Shown: positions 17,335 to 26,379 of the stretch, in pieces
Layout of the letters: each line of letters opens with the position of its first letter
How positions within the stretch are numbered: position 1 is the first letter of the stretch
Source of the DNA: a virus
DNA length: 64,000 nt
Virus record (IMG/VR): IMGVR_UViG_3300042090_002370
Span: 32,001 to 96,000 of that record
Reading direction: 5' to 3' (one strand)
Position numbers and translations under genes: made by a program
The notes under the pieces: generated by a model
What the model was told of the DNA's origin: nothing
What the model saw: only the letters and a program-made list of their open reading frames with translations
Database searches by the model: none

Positions 17335-19833
17335 ATGATCTTACTCGACAACACCTCGAGCGTACTCCAGATCGTCTCTGGCGGTCAGGCAGCACTGCAT
17401 GTGCAAGCCGACTGGGTAGACCTTCTCAGTAGTACGGTCACGCCTAGCGTTCCCCCGCAAAATACGCTCATCGCAGCTACGCCCGGAACGACGACAGTCG
17501 TCGGTTCTCCCGCCGCGACCTACTCGCGTTCGGTCGTGGGGCTGTCGATTACGAATACAAGCGCGTCGCTTGGTTGCACCGTTCAAGTGCAACACAACGA
17601 CGGGACGAATGTTGCGGACGTCACTCCGTCTGCAACGCTCCCAGCAAATTCAACACTGATCTACAACGGTCAGAGCTGGGATCTCGTCACGAGCAACTTT
17701 TTTCGCGGCGCGGTTGTAGAAGTCACGGATGGGCTCAACGGAAACGTTGGCGTAGCGCCGGCCAACACGGCGGGTGCGGTGGCTCAACCCGCGCTCGTCA
17801 CGACGCTCTCACCGAACTCCGCCCCCCAGCCCAACACGTCCCTATCGGGGACGCTGTCCTCGGTCACGGCGGGGCCAGCGATGTCCACGGCGGGGATGTC
17901 GTCGTTTTCGGTCGTCTTCGAGGCGGTCACGGCGGTCGCAACGATCACGATGCAGGAGTCGAGGGACGGTGGGACCACGTGGCAGACGGTCAAGCTGCAA
18001 CTGATTCCAAGCGGGCTGCCGGTCTCCGGAGTGGTTACGTGGTCCGGCGCAACGGTGATCCTGTTCTACGGGATCGCCGTCAACTCTGGCGTGGGTCTTC
18101 TGCGCGCGAATATGACCTCGTACACGAGCGGCGGTCCGGTCGTCTACACGATAGAGGGCTCGACCGTCGCCCCTCCGTTCCTCGCGAACACCGTAGGAGC
18201 GCCGGGGGCCGCGATTCCCCCCTCGGCGCTGCAAGTTGGGGGGAATGACGGGACGGACATTCGAGCGCTGTCGACGGACTCGTCCGGGCGCGTGAATGTT
18301 GTCGGCCCAGCCGCCGCCGGAGCCGTACCGGTTGGTAACCCGGTTCTTGCCGCAGGGTATGACGGCACGGATGTTCGGACGATCCTGACCGACACTTCCG
18401 GTCGCGTGATCGGGGAGATCACAGACGGAACCAACGGGATCGTAGGGGTAGCTCCTGCCAGCACGGCCCCAGTCGCGACTCAACCCGCGCTCGTGGTGGC
18501 TCTCTCACCGAACTCGCAGCCGTACACCGACTCGAGTCCTGCCACGCAAAACATCACTGCGCAGGACACCAACACAACTTCCACAACCGTCGCCAACGGA
18601 CAGACGTTTTTCACCGGTACGCCTACGGCTGGCTCTGCTGCGACGTTCACTCTTGCATCGCAAGAGACAGTCACTGTTCAGGTGACCGGAACTTGGACAG
18701 GCACCCTGCAAGCCGAGTCGTCGATGGACGGTGGGACCACGTACACGGTCCTGCCGATCCAGCAGGGTACCTACCAGAGCGCCTGGACTCAGAATTTCAA
18801 AGGCACGGGTAACGTCGGAGGCACGACGCAGTTCCGTATTCGAGCTACTGCGGCGTGGACGGGCACTGCGACTGTCAAGGTCGTCACCTCGAGTAATCCA
18901 TATGTCACGACAAACGTCGTAACTGATACGACCAACTCTGCGTCTCTCGCCGCGTTGAACGCGGCGGTGCAGGTTGCGACATCGGGTCAGAACAGCGTTG
19001 CGCTGGAGATCACCAACTCGACGTTCACTGGCACATTGATCGCGGAGGTCAGTGCAGACGGAACGACGTGGAACGCGGCGAAGACGTTCAGCATCGTCGG
19101 CACGCCGTTTCCGAACGGTGTCGCCTACGCGGCGAGCAGCGGGGCCGGGTTCCTGTCTATCCTCCTGTTGCCCGGTGTTGGGTTCGCCCGCATTCGATGC
19201 TCGGCGTACACGAGCGGGTCGTCCCTGGTCTCGATGCGCGCGTCCACGGCGGGCAAAGACCTTGTGCAGCTTGCACTAGGTACCATCGCTGCCGGAGCGC
19301 TCCCGACCAACGCGCTGATGGCGGGTCTCACGGACGGGACGGCGCTGCGCGGGATGCTGGGGGATACGAGCGGCCGCCCGAACGTCGTCGGCGCGGCGGC
19401 GGACGGTGCTGCGGTAGCGGGTAACCCCGTTCTCGTCGCTGGTCAGTTTCAGACCACGGCCGCTAACACGGTGAACACGCTAGTTACGGATCAGTACGGA
19501 GATCTGTTCGTCAGCCCGGGACTCAGTGAGGATATGACTGGGCTCAATAGACAGAGCCCTGACGTTCCCTCGCTTAGTAACACCAATGTCCCGAATTACG
19601 AGATCGCGCGCACAAAAGTCGCTGTTGGCCGCTTCCAGCAAGACCAAGGTGACGCGTCTTTCGACTACCCGCTTCCGGCCGAGTCGAGGAACGAGCGTCA
19701 GCGCTTGGAGCTGGCCTCGCTTGCGAATCAGGACCATGGGATTCTGTCCATAGCGTTCGGGGGACGCACAAGCTCACGGTTTCCGTCGTTGACATTCGGC
19801 CAACGCGGCTTTGGTGATAGAGGAGGAAGGTAA
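17335..19833 (+). CDS. Modular tail / fibre protein with internal repeats
   Basis: Three beta-sandwich modules (ESRDGGTTW, SSMDGGTTY, EVSADGTTW), two TDGxNGxVGVAPAxTA...QPALVxxLSPNS linkers and three DGTxxRxxxxDxSGR repeats. Confidence 0.6.
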   Translation: MILLDNTSSVLQIVSGGQAALHVQADWVDLLSSTVTPSVPPQNTLIAATPGTTTVVGSPAATYSRSVVGLSITNTSASLGCTVQVQHNDGTNVADVTPSATLPANSTLIYNGQSWDLVTSNFFRGAVVEVTDGLNGNVGVAPANTAGAVAQPALVTTLSPNSAPQPNTSLSGTLSSVTAGPAMSTAGMSSFSVVFEAVTAVATITMQESRDGGTTWQTVKLQLIPSGLPVSGVVTWSGATVILFYGIAVNSGVGLLRANMTSYTSGGPVVYTIEGSTVAPPFLANTVGAPGAAIPPSALQVGGNDGTDIRALSTDSSGRVNVVGPAAAGAVPVGNPVLAAGYDGTDVRTILTDTSGRVIGEITDGTNGIVGVAPASTAPVATQPALVVALSPNSQPYTDSSPATQNITAQDTNTTSTTVANGQTFFTGTPTAGSAATFTLASQETVTVQVTGTWTGTLQAESSMDGGTTYTVLPIQQGTYQSAWTQNFKGTGNVGGTTQFRIRATAAWTGTATVKVVTSSNPYVTTNVVTDTTNSASLAALNAAVQVATSGQNSVALEITNSTFTGTLIAEVSADGTTWNAAKTFSIVGTPFPNGVAYAASSGAGFLSILLLPGVGFARIRCSAYTSGSSLVSMRASTAGKDLVQLALGTIAAGALPTNALMAGLTDGTALRGMLGDTSGRPNVVGAAADGAAVAGNPVLVAGQFQTTAANTVNTLVTDQYGDLFVSPGLSEDMTGLNRQSPDVPSLSNTNVPNYEIARTKVAVGRFQQDQGDASFDYPLPAESRNERQRLELASLANQDHGILSIAFGGRTSSRFPSLTFGQRGFGDRGGR

Positions 19834-20489
19834 TGATCACAGAAGGCGTAGCAGGTAGGCGTGCACGACGGCAGCAGGGGAACGTGGTTTCCGCCTATAC
19901 GCAGTTGGGGAGCGTTCCCATCGCGTACATGGAGGGAGAGGGCGACGAAGGCACGCGTACAGGAATGCGGATGCAGTTGTCTGCCCTTGGCGCTACCGGG
20001 ATCGCGCCAGTGCAGGCGGTCCCGACAACCGCCGCACAGTGGCTGATCGTCAATCCAGCGGCGAATACGAAGTCCGCGTACATCGACGAGCTGGGGATGA
20101 TACTGGTGAGCGGTACGGGCGGCGCTAACGCAACCGTGCTCTGTGCTGTCCTGCCACCGGCGAATATGCCGGCTACGGTTCCGTCAGCCTCGGCTGCCAA
20201 TATCGTGATCACGAACAGGTCGACGTCCAGTGGAAACACCTCGAGGCTGATCGTGGCTTCCGCTCAAACGCTGGTCGGCGTGACGGCAGGTTGGTGGTAT
20301 CCGCTCGCGTGGGAAGACATCGCCAACACCCTGCTAGGGCAGACGCAGCTCGTTGACCGAGACATTCGCGGCAAGATCGAGATTGCACCTGGTGGGGGAG
20401 TCGCGTTGGCGGTCATCAGCCCAACAGGGACCACGCCTCTTTGGGGCCCTGTAGGAACCTGGCGCGAGTACGAGTCCGACAACGAGTAA
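19833..20489 (+). CDS. Hypothetical virion protein
   Basis: GAGGAGG RBS, coupled to the upstream stop; beta-rich. Confidence 0.6.
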   Translation: MITEGVAGRRARRQQGNVVSAYTQLGSVPIAYMEGEGDEGTRTGMRMQLSALGATGIAPVQAVPTTAAQWLIVNPAANTKSAYIDELGMILVSGTGGANATVLCAVLPPANMPATVPSASAANIVITNRSTSSGNTSRLIVASAQTLVGVTAGWWYPLAWEDIANTLLGQTQLVDRDIRGKIEIAPGGGVALAVISPTGTTPLWGPVGTWREYESDNE

Positions 20490-20513
20490 CCGCTTCCCCG
20501 GAGAGGGTGGGAC

Positions 20514-23366
20514 ATGAGCCACGCATGGGTCGGCCAATGGGGTGCGCTGGCCGTCCCTGCGGGGTGGTGGGGCGGTGCGGTAGGCGTCGCCACGCCTTCG
20601 GCTACCGGTTGGTTCGATCCCGAGCTTCTACGTCTGCCGTCGACTACGGCGTCACTGACTGGATCTATCCCAACATCAGAGGCGCTAGGCGCCTTCATTA
20701 TGACGGTTGTGCTCACGTTGCCTGGCATACCGAGCGGAGAGGGATGGTCTAAGGCTTCGCTGACGTATGGGGTTAGCGCATCAGGTATTGCTAGCGCAGA
20801 GGTTTTGGGGGCACCGAATGTAGGGGGGGCACTGTCACCGTCCGGCGTTTCTAGCGCCGAGGCCGTGGGTGCAGAGAAGACAACGTACGGGCTCACACCA
20901 GTTGGAATACCGTCATCAGAAGCGCTGGGTGCTGAAACTACGACGAGCGTGCTCGCGCCCTACGGCGTTTCTTCCGAAGAGAGGCTCGGCGCCGAAACTG
21001 TAACAGTTGGTATATCACCGCCAGGTGTGGCGACTGCGGAGTCCTTGTCGAAGGCCGGTACGACTTTGGGCGTGTCTACGTCTGGCATCGACAGCGCCGA
21101 GCGTGTTAGCGCTCCGACTACCTCGACGGTACTAGCACCAACCGGAATAAGCTCAGCTGAGTCTCTACCAGGCACCAGCACTACTTCTGGTCTTTCACCA
21201 TTCGGTATTGCGACATCTGAGGTTGTTGGCCAACCGAACGTAGGATGGGCTGTAGACGCCAACGGTATTCCGACCGCTGAAGGGCTAGGTGCAGGTACGC
21301 TTTCTGCTGCGCTCACTCCATCAGGTATCGATACTGCTGAGTCGTTACCGACAGCAAGTACTACAACTGCAGTATCTGTCGCTGGTATCTCGTCGGCTGA
21401 GACCGTTGGTGCTGGCGGTGTGGCGTCGCCACTGAACCCACCAGGAATCCCTAGTGCTGAAGCGCTGGGTGCGGAAACAGTCGCTTTCACAGGTACTGTT
21501 ACAGGTATTGACTCTGCCGAGTCGCTGCCCGGTGCGCGTACTACATTGGGTATCGCTACGTCGGGCGTAGCCTCCGCTGAGGTTGTCGGTGCGCCAAACA
21601 CTGGCTGGGCGGTAAACGCTACAGGCGTACCTACTGCTGAGGCCATCGGCGCAGAGACGGCAGTACTCTCTGGGTCTGTGCCTGGTATCGCAACAAGTGA
21701 GGTGCTGGGCGCACCAGCTACTGCATTGCAGGTCTCCGTGGCTGGAATTGCATCTGCAGAGGCCGTTGGAGCAGAGGATGTCTCGCCAGCGCTCTCACCA
21801 CCGGGTATTTCTACAACCGAGGCACTCAGCGCGGAGAAAGCCACAGTCACACTTTCGCCTTACGGGATATCTAGCTCGGAGGCTGTTGGTGCGGAGACGC
21901 TGTCGAGCTCGCTCGCGCTTTCAGGGATTGCTACGACGGAGATTATAGGAGCGCCGAATACAGGCCCTGCGCCAGCACCGGCAGGCATACCTACCGCAGA
22001 GGTTTTGGGCGCCACAACATCCAAGACCGTTTTGTCGGTGTCTGGGATCAGCAGCGCGGAAGCCCTCTCACCTTCGCCCATTTCTTTCGTGCTAGCGCCC
22101 AGTGGAATACCAACAGCGGAAGCGCTTGGTGCTGAGAACGTACTCATTGCGTATACGTTGTGGGGCATTGCTTCTGAGGAAAAGCTTGGCGCTACGACGT
22201 CGTCTAGCACCCTCAAAGGTTTTGGTATCGACTCCGCTGAGGTGCTGGGCCAGTCAACCACTGCGCGTACAGCGTTCATCTCAGGGATTATCGGTAGTGA
22301 TGAGGCATGGGGGTATGGAAAGACAACACAGGGTGTCAGCGTTGCCGGCATTTCTTCTACAGAAGCGCTTTCGGCTGCGAGCACTACTCAGTGCGTTTCC
22401 ACAAGCGGTATTGCCAGTAGCGAAGCTCTTGGCGCACCCGATGTCGGGTGGGCTCTACAGCCGGCTGGCATTTCGACCGTTGAGTCATTGGGCGCAGAGA
22501 AGATAACGCTGACGCTCGCACCGTCCGGCATTTCCAGCAATGAGGCCGTAGGCGCATCCGATGTGGGCCATGCGATATCGCCAGGCGGTATTCCTAGTGC
22601 CGAAGCGGTATCCAAGAGCGCTGTCTCTATTACGCTGTCCCCGTACGGCATCGGTTCCAATGAGGCGCTGTCAGGCGCGTCGGTTGCGCAGTCGTTCACC
22701 TTCTTTGGTATTGATAGCGTCGAGCGTGTGGGAGCGCCGAATGTTGGTTGGGCGCTGTCGCCGTCAGGGGTCGCATCAGCAGAGTCCGTCAATGTACAGA
22801 GAACAACCGCAACTTTCACGCTTGTTGGGATAGGAAGCGCTGAGGCTGTGGGTAGTATGAGTACCGGTCCAGCCATACGCATTGCTGGAATACCGGCAGC
22901 TGAGTCGGTTGGCTATTCCACGGTTTCAATTGTGTTGACTCTGCAAGGTATCTCCTCTCAAGAGGTGCTTTCGGAGCCGTCTGCTACGCAAGCGTCGGCT
23001 GTCGCCGGCATCGCAAGCGATTCAGTAATCGGTGCGGGCACCGTTCAGATTATTCTCGCGAACGTTACCGCTACAGGTGAGTGGATACAGTACACGTACC
23101 TCTCTGGCACTGGGGCTTCGATCGGGTACAGACAACCCAGCTTTATCTCCCTCGTGAGTGGTGCAAAAGGCATCGGTGTTCGGCCTACGTCGCGACCGGT
23201 TCAAGTTCCTGTGGCGGCACCCACATCGCCGGCTCCCCCTCAAGGCCCCGCACCGGTGTCTGGCAAGGATATGCTCCCCCCGACGATTAGCGTACCGCGC
23301 GTACAACTTCCAGAGCCGGCACCAGAGGGTCCGCCACAAGGGCCGGCACCGACCCGCCGACGATGA
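20514..23366 (+). CDS. Virion protein made of about 40 tandem 20-aa repeats with a Pro-rich C-terminus
   Basis: Repeat G(I/V)x(S/T)xExxG/S at a 20-aa period; GGAGAGGG RBS. Confidence 0.75.
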   Translation: MSHAWVGQWGALAVPAGWWGGAVGVATPSATGWFDPELLRLPSTTASLTGSIPTSEALGAFIMTVVLTLPGIPSGEGWSKASLTYGVSASGIASAEVLGAPNVGGALSPSGVSSAEAVGAEKTTYGLTPVGIPSSEALGAETTTSVLAPYGVSSEERLGAETVTVGISPPGVATAESLSKAGTTLGVSTSGIDSAERVSAPTTSTVLAPTGISSAESLPGTSTTSGLSPFGIATSEVVGQPNVGWAVDANGIPTAEGLGAGTLSAALTPSGIDTAESLPTASTTTAVSVAGISSAETVGAGGVASPLNPPGIPSAEALGAETVAFTGTVTGIDSAESLPGARTTLGIATSGVASAEVVGAPNTGWAVNATGVPTAEAIGAETAVLSGSVPGIATSEVLGAPATALQVSVAGIASAEAVGAEDVSPALSPPGISTTEALSAEKATVTLSPYGISSSEAVGAETLSSSLALSGIATTEIIGAPNTGPAPAPAGIPTAEVLGATTSKTVLSVSGISSAEALSPSPISFVLAPSGIPTAEALGAENVLIAYTLWGIASEEKLGATTSSSTLKGFGIDSAEVLGQSTTARTAFISGIIGSDEAWGYGKTTQGVSVAGISSTEALSAASTTQCVSTSGIASSEALGAPDVGWALQPAGISTVESLGAEKITLTLAPSGISSNEAVGASDVGHAISPGGIPSAEAVSKSAVSITLSPYGIGSNEALSGASVAQSFTFFGIDSVERVGAPNVGWALSPSGVASAESVNVQRTTATFTLVGIGSAEAVGSMSTGPAIRIAGIPAAESVGYSTVSIVLTLQGISSQEVLSEPSATQASAVAGIASDSVIGAGTVQIILANVTATGEWIQYTYLSGTGASIGYRQPSFISLVSGAKGIGVRPTSRPVQVPVAAPTSPAPPQGPAPVSGKDMLPPTISVPRVQLPEPAPEGPPQGPAPTRRR
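20661..23040 (+). repeat. Degenerate 60-nt coding tandem repeat (about 40 units)
   Basis: Units such as GIASAEVLGAPNVGGALSPS, GVSSAEAVGAEKTTYGLTPV and GIPSSEALGAETTTSVLAPY; diverged at the DNA level. Confidence 0.85.
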
Positions 23367-23375
23367 AAAAAGGTC

Positions 23376-23404
23376 TTGCGCTTTTTCGTCGCGTTGTGCA
23401 TGAT
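23376..23404 (+). promoter_or_regulatory. sigma70-like promoter TTGCGC-17-CATGAT
   Basis: -35 at 23376-23381, 17 nt spacer, -10 at 23399-23404; no convincing ORF downstream. Confidence 0.5.
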
Positions 23405-23615
23405 AGGGCGTGATGCAAAGGCAACGCAGACCCTGAATCCGCTTATGGGCTACGCGATGCCTGATATCGCCAGTCTTCGCGTTCACGGCCATCACCGGCC
23501 CGTCCACGGGGGGAAGATGAAGCACGACGTGGAATTGACGCCGGGTGCCGGGTGCCGGTGGTCGCGTGGCTCCAGGCGTAGACGCGAGTCCCGCTCTCTG
23601 CACTAAGAACCCGGG

Positions 23616-23647
23616 TAGCTAAAAAAGAGGGCCCGTTGGGGCCCCCT
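23616..23647 (-). terminator. Terminator T3: hairpin + U-tract + AGCTA (ends replication operon)
   Basis: GGGCCC/GGGCCC stem then TCTTTTTTAGCTA on the minus strand, immediately after the stop at 23650. Confidence 0.8.
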
Positions 23648-23649
23648 GT

Positions 23650-23817
23650 TTACTGGCTGCGCCCCGCGTCCTCGAGCGCTGTGGTTTGTGGGCATGGCGA
23701 CGCGCCTACATCTATGGGCTTGTCGAAGTCATTACAGCGCGTTGTGATGAGCGCGAAGGCCAACCAGAATAGCAGGATTCCGACTGTGATGATGGCCTCC
23801 TTCGTGCGTCTCTTCAT
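23650..23817 (-). CDS. Small single-pass membrane protein (55 aa)
   Basis: Not in the ORF track. GGAG RBS, MKRRTKEAIITVGILLFWLAFALITTRC...; fills the gap up to T3. Confidence 0.65.
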   Translation of the reverse strand: MKRRTKEAIITVGILLFWLAFALITTRCNDFDKPIDVGASPCPQTTALEDAGRSQ

Positions 23818-23821
23818 GGTG

Positions 23822-24034
23822 TTACTCCGCTTGGTTTCTTTTGAGCCGTACTCTCACGAGGTCTGGAAAGCGTTCTTCCTCTACAAGCAATACGCCAGCC
23901 CGGCGAGCGAGTTCGATAATCGATCCGTGGCTCACGGTATCCAGCAGCGCCTCATCGACTTCGATGAAGTCCAGTTTCTGCGGGCGCGTGGTACCCGGCC
24001 ACGGATCGTCGAGTACAGCTCTTACGCTTTTCCC
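23822..24034 (-). other. Start-less ORF reached by a putative -1 frameshift from 24022..24951
   Basis: G_GGA_AAA slippery heptamer (24034-24028) lies one codon before the stop. The -1 frame stays open for 68 further codons to TAA 23822. Confidence 0.6.
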
Positions 24035-24951
24035 GTTGCCTGGTTGACGATGGACTGGAAGTTGTTCCCGTCCTCTATCGCACTGCGCAGAACGTCGATG
24101 GGGCTGACCCCGTTCACGGCTGACTGTGACTGCAGAAGCATCATCATGGTCCAGATCTGGACCTTCCAGGTGCTCTCTACGAGATTGGTGAGCGTGGTCA
24201 TCTGCGCCGTGAGCGCCTTGTATTGAACCTCCAGTTCGGTAATACGACTGGCCTTCATGCTGGCGGCCTCCTCGAGAATCGAGGAGACGTTCTTCTGCAT
24301 AGCGTCGTAACGTTCACGGTCCTTGTCTTGACCGTCGATAAGACGCTGTAGGAAGTTGATGACGTCGGCGCCGAGGTCGACTGCGGCACCTGCGCCGGCG
24401 TTTGTTTTAGGTGCGCGCTTCGGTTTCTCGCCGGCAGCGACGGCACCAGCCGCAGCGATGGCACCAGGGCTCACGTTGGGGATGAAGCCCGGTCCTGCAG
24501 TCACAGCGCCGGCAGCGGCGACACCGACGACCCCGACGCCGCTGGTCAACGGCGTGGTCATCGTGGTGGGAGGTGGCACAAACCCGGTTGTAGGCGCGCC
24601 TATGGGGGCAACGGGCTGCATCTGCTGCACACCCGGCTGCAGTGAGCTTGCCATCGAGTTTACAACGGGGGTGCGTTCGACGACTGGTGCCGGCATTGCG
24701 TGGCCGGAGACACCGTTGGTTGGCGCTGCAGCGCCTGGGTTCTGCTGGTCCCAGCGTTTCAGTAGTTCGAGGATGTATGTGACGCGGGCATCGGTAGTTT
24801 TGAGCTGGTACCAAGCTTGCTTCTCGGCTTCAGTGCGCATACTGCCGAGGTGACGCTCTGCGAGTAGGCGCAGCTGGAACGGGCTCTTCTCTGCCAGTGC
24901 GACAGCGTCACGCGGTGCGTTCTGCGGGGTCAATTCATTCGGGTCAGCCAT
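24022..24951 (-). CDS. Hypothetical protein (N-terminal domain, Pro/Ala linker, coiled coil)
   Basis: AGGAG RBS; 309 aa. Confidence 0.75.
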   Translation of the reverse strand: MADPNELTPQNAPRDAVALAEKSPFQLRLLAERHLGSMRTEAEKQAWYQLKTTDARVTYILELLKRWDQQNPGAAAPTNGVSGHAMPAPVVERTPVVNSMASSLQPGVQQMQPVAPIGAPTTGFVPPPTTMTTPLTSGVGVVGVAAAGAVTAGPGFIPNVSPGAIAAAGAVAAGEKPKRAPKTNAGAGAAVDLGADVINFLQRLIDGQDKDRERYDAMQKNVSSILEEAASMKASRITELEVQYKALTAQMTTLTNLVESTWKVQIWTMMMLLQSQSAVNGVSPIDVLRSAIEDGNNFQSIVNQATGKA

Positions 24952-24960
24952 TGTAGTCTC

Positions 24961-25341
24961 CTAACTTTTCTTGTGCAGCAGGATGAGCCGTTGGTTCTCG
25001 GCTCCGTTTGAGGTGAGGCAGCTGTACACCTGAGCGTCGACGCAGGCGAAGCAGGCGTCGGGCTTGAAAGAGCGTGCGGGACACGTGAGCTGTGTCTCGA
25101 GTTTCTTTCTATGATCGATGATGAATTTCATGAGAGCAATGCGTGTCTCATCCACGTCGTGGAACGGCAGCGGCGGGGGTGGTACTTCACCGATGATGAT
25201 TCGTATGAGGGCGTCGCGACTTAGGCTGGGTAATACAACGTGTCCGGCACCGCGCGCAATCTGGTAGATCTCTGTATGGTTGCAGCGCTCGAAGAGAGCG
25301 TACTCTGCAGCGAACTCAGGTGAGACGGTCGAAGACGTCAT
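24961..25341 (-). CDS. Hypothetical protein with a C-x9-C-x2-C-x7-C cluster
   Basis: Likely start MTSSTVSPEF (25341). CPARSFKPDACFACVDAQVYSC is a possible metal or Fe-S site. Confidence 0.6.
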   Translation of the reverse strand: MTSSTVSPEFAAEYALFERCNHTEIYQIARGAGHVVLPSLSRDALIRIIIGEVPPPPLPFHDVDETRIALMKFIIDHRKKLETQLTCPARSFKPDACFACVDAQVYSCLTSNGAENQRLILLHKKS

Positions 25342-25777
25342 TGAACGGGCAGCTTTCTTCTTCCAGACTCCAGACCCAGAGCGTGCTGCGCTCCGGCGTA
25401 CCCTGAACCTTCTGCGGGTGCATGGACAAGAATTGCGAGTCGTCGATTCCACCAGCCTCTTTGAGCGCGTCAATGAGCAGCTTGAGACGGTTATCGACGT
25501 CGATATGCTTATACCGCGATGCGGCCTTTCCTGTCGTGAATCCGGAGTTCTCTATCTGCTCGAGATGGAAGCGCAGTGCAATTACATATGGTTTGTTCGG
25601 TTTGAAGATGCGCATCTCCTTTGGGTAGTTCTGGGAGAAGTGAGCGGTGGTCGTCGTGAGGAACTCCCTGCCGACTTTGGTGAGGATGCGTCCACGACCA
25701 CGCATGTTGAGGTAGGCATGATTCGAGCTAGGCGGTATCCAGGGAACGTCCAGGCGAATCATCGAGAGTCTTCCCAT
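25316..25777 (-). CDS. rusA: RusA-family Holliday junction resolvase
   Basis: PPSSNHAY, DVDNRLKLLIDAL and IDDSQ: the RusA catalytic D/K/D pattern. Confidence 0.8.
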   Translation of the reverse strand: MGRLSMIRLDVPWIPPSSNHAYLNMRGRGRILTKVGREFLTTTTAHFSQNYPKEMRIFKPNKPYVIALRFHLEQIENSGFTTGKAASRYKHIDVDNRLKLLIDALKEAGGIDDSQFLSMHPQKVQGTPERSTLWVWSLEEESCPFNDVFDRLT

Positions 25778-26379
25778 CGGCCGCGTGACTGGCCCGGCAT
25801 GTTTGCTGACCTGTTGCCGGCATCACTCTCCATCCTTCGTGTCTCAATCTGTCTCGAGATAACCTTGACGTTAGTCTCGACCTCCTTGCACCAGGCGTTT
25901 GCTTTGAGCTCGAGTTGCTGAAGCTCCTGCTGACGAATCGCCAGCGTGTGGTAAGCGGGGTCGCTCTCGATGACGTCTGACATCGTTTGTACGGTCATAC
26001 GCTCGCTCTTCTTCTTGCCAGATTCCAGGTTGCGGAAGTGTTCGCGTTTCGTGCGTGAGATATCAGCCATCTCGTTTTCGACCTGCAGTAGCTCAGCACG
26101 AATGTCGGCGAGGATCCGTACGATGTGGTTGTACCATCGGACGTGCGCCGTGTGTGTCACGGTGTACGACTTGGCGTCAGGTACCAAAAGCTGTTCGGCA
26201 GTGATGGGGAGGTACGCGACGTTTGGCTCCTGGCTGATTTGCATGCCAGACATCCTCAGTCGCGCGTCGACGTATGGCAGCGTGTCTCGTTCGCCGGCGA
26301 TGTAATCTGCGTCTTGCTGGCCGATGCCGATGTCACCCGGCAGACGCAGGCCACCTGTCTGAGGCGCTCGTGTGGTCAT
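25759..26379 (-). CDS. Helical coiled-coil protein, possibly a UvsY-like recombination mediator
   Basis: Long amphipathic helices; lies in the RecA/nuclease cluster. The UvsY resemblance is impressionistic. Confidence 0.35.
   Translation of the reverse strand: MTTRAPQTGGLRLPGDIGIGQQDADYIAGERDTLPYVDARLRMSGMQISQEPNVAYLPITAEQLLVPDAKSYTVTHTAHVRWYNHIVRILADIRAELLQVENEMADISRTKREHFRNLESGKKKSERMTVQTMSDVIESDPAYHTLAIRQQELQQLELKANAWCKEVETNVKVISRQIETRRMESDAGNRSANMPGQSRGRWEDSR

Noticed and set aside
21143-21151. Eighth SGGRATAAG match (CGGAATAAG)
   Set aside because: Inside a coding repeat (T-G-I-S codons) with no downstream start; consistent with the 1-2 chance hits expected.
20960-22882. Long antisense ORFs (also 52495..53868, 43871..44647 and others)
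   Set aside because: Shadow frames of high-GC or repetitive genes; no RBS or motifs.
20661-23040. CRISPR-like or non-coding tandem array
   Set aside because: The periodicity is at the protein level within one ORF; DNA units are degenerate with no invariant repeat.
23410-23470. c-di-GMP (GEMM) riboswitch resemblance (GCAAAG...CCTGAA)
   Set aside because: The characteristic GNRA-capped first stem is absent; kept only as a generic ncRNA candidate.
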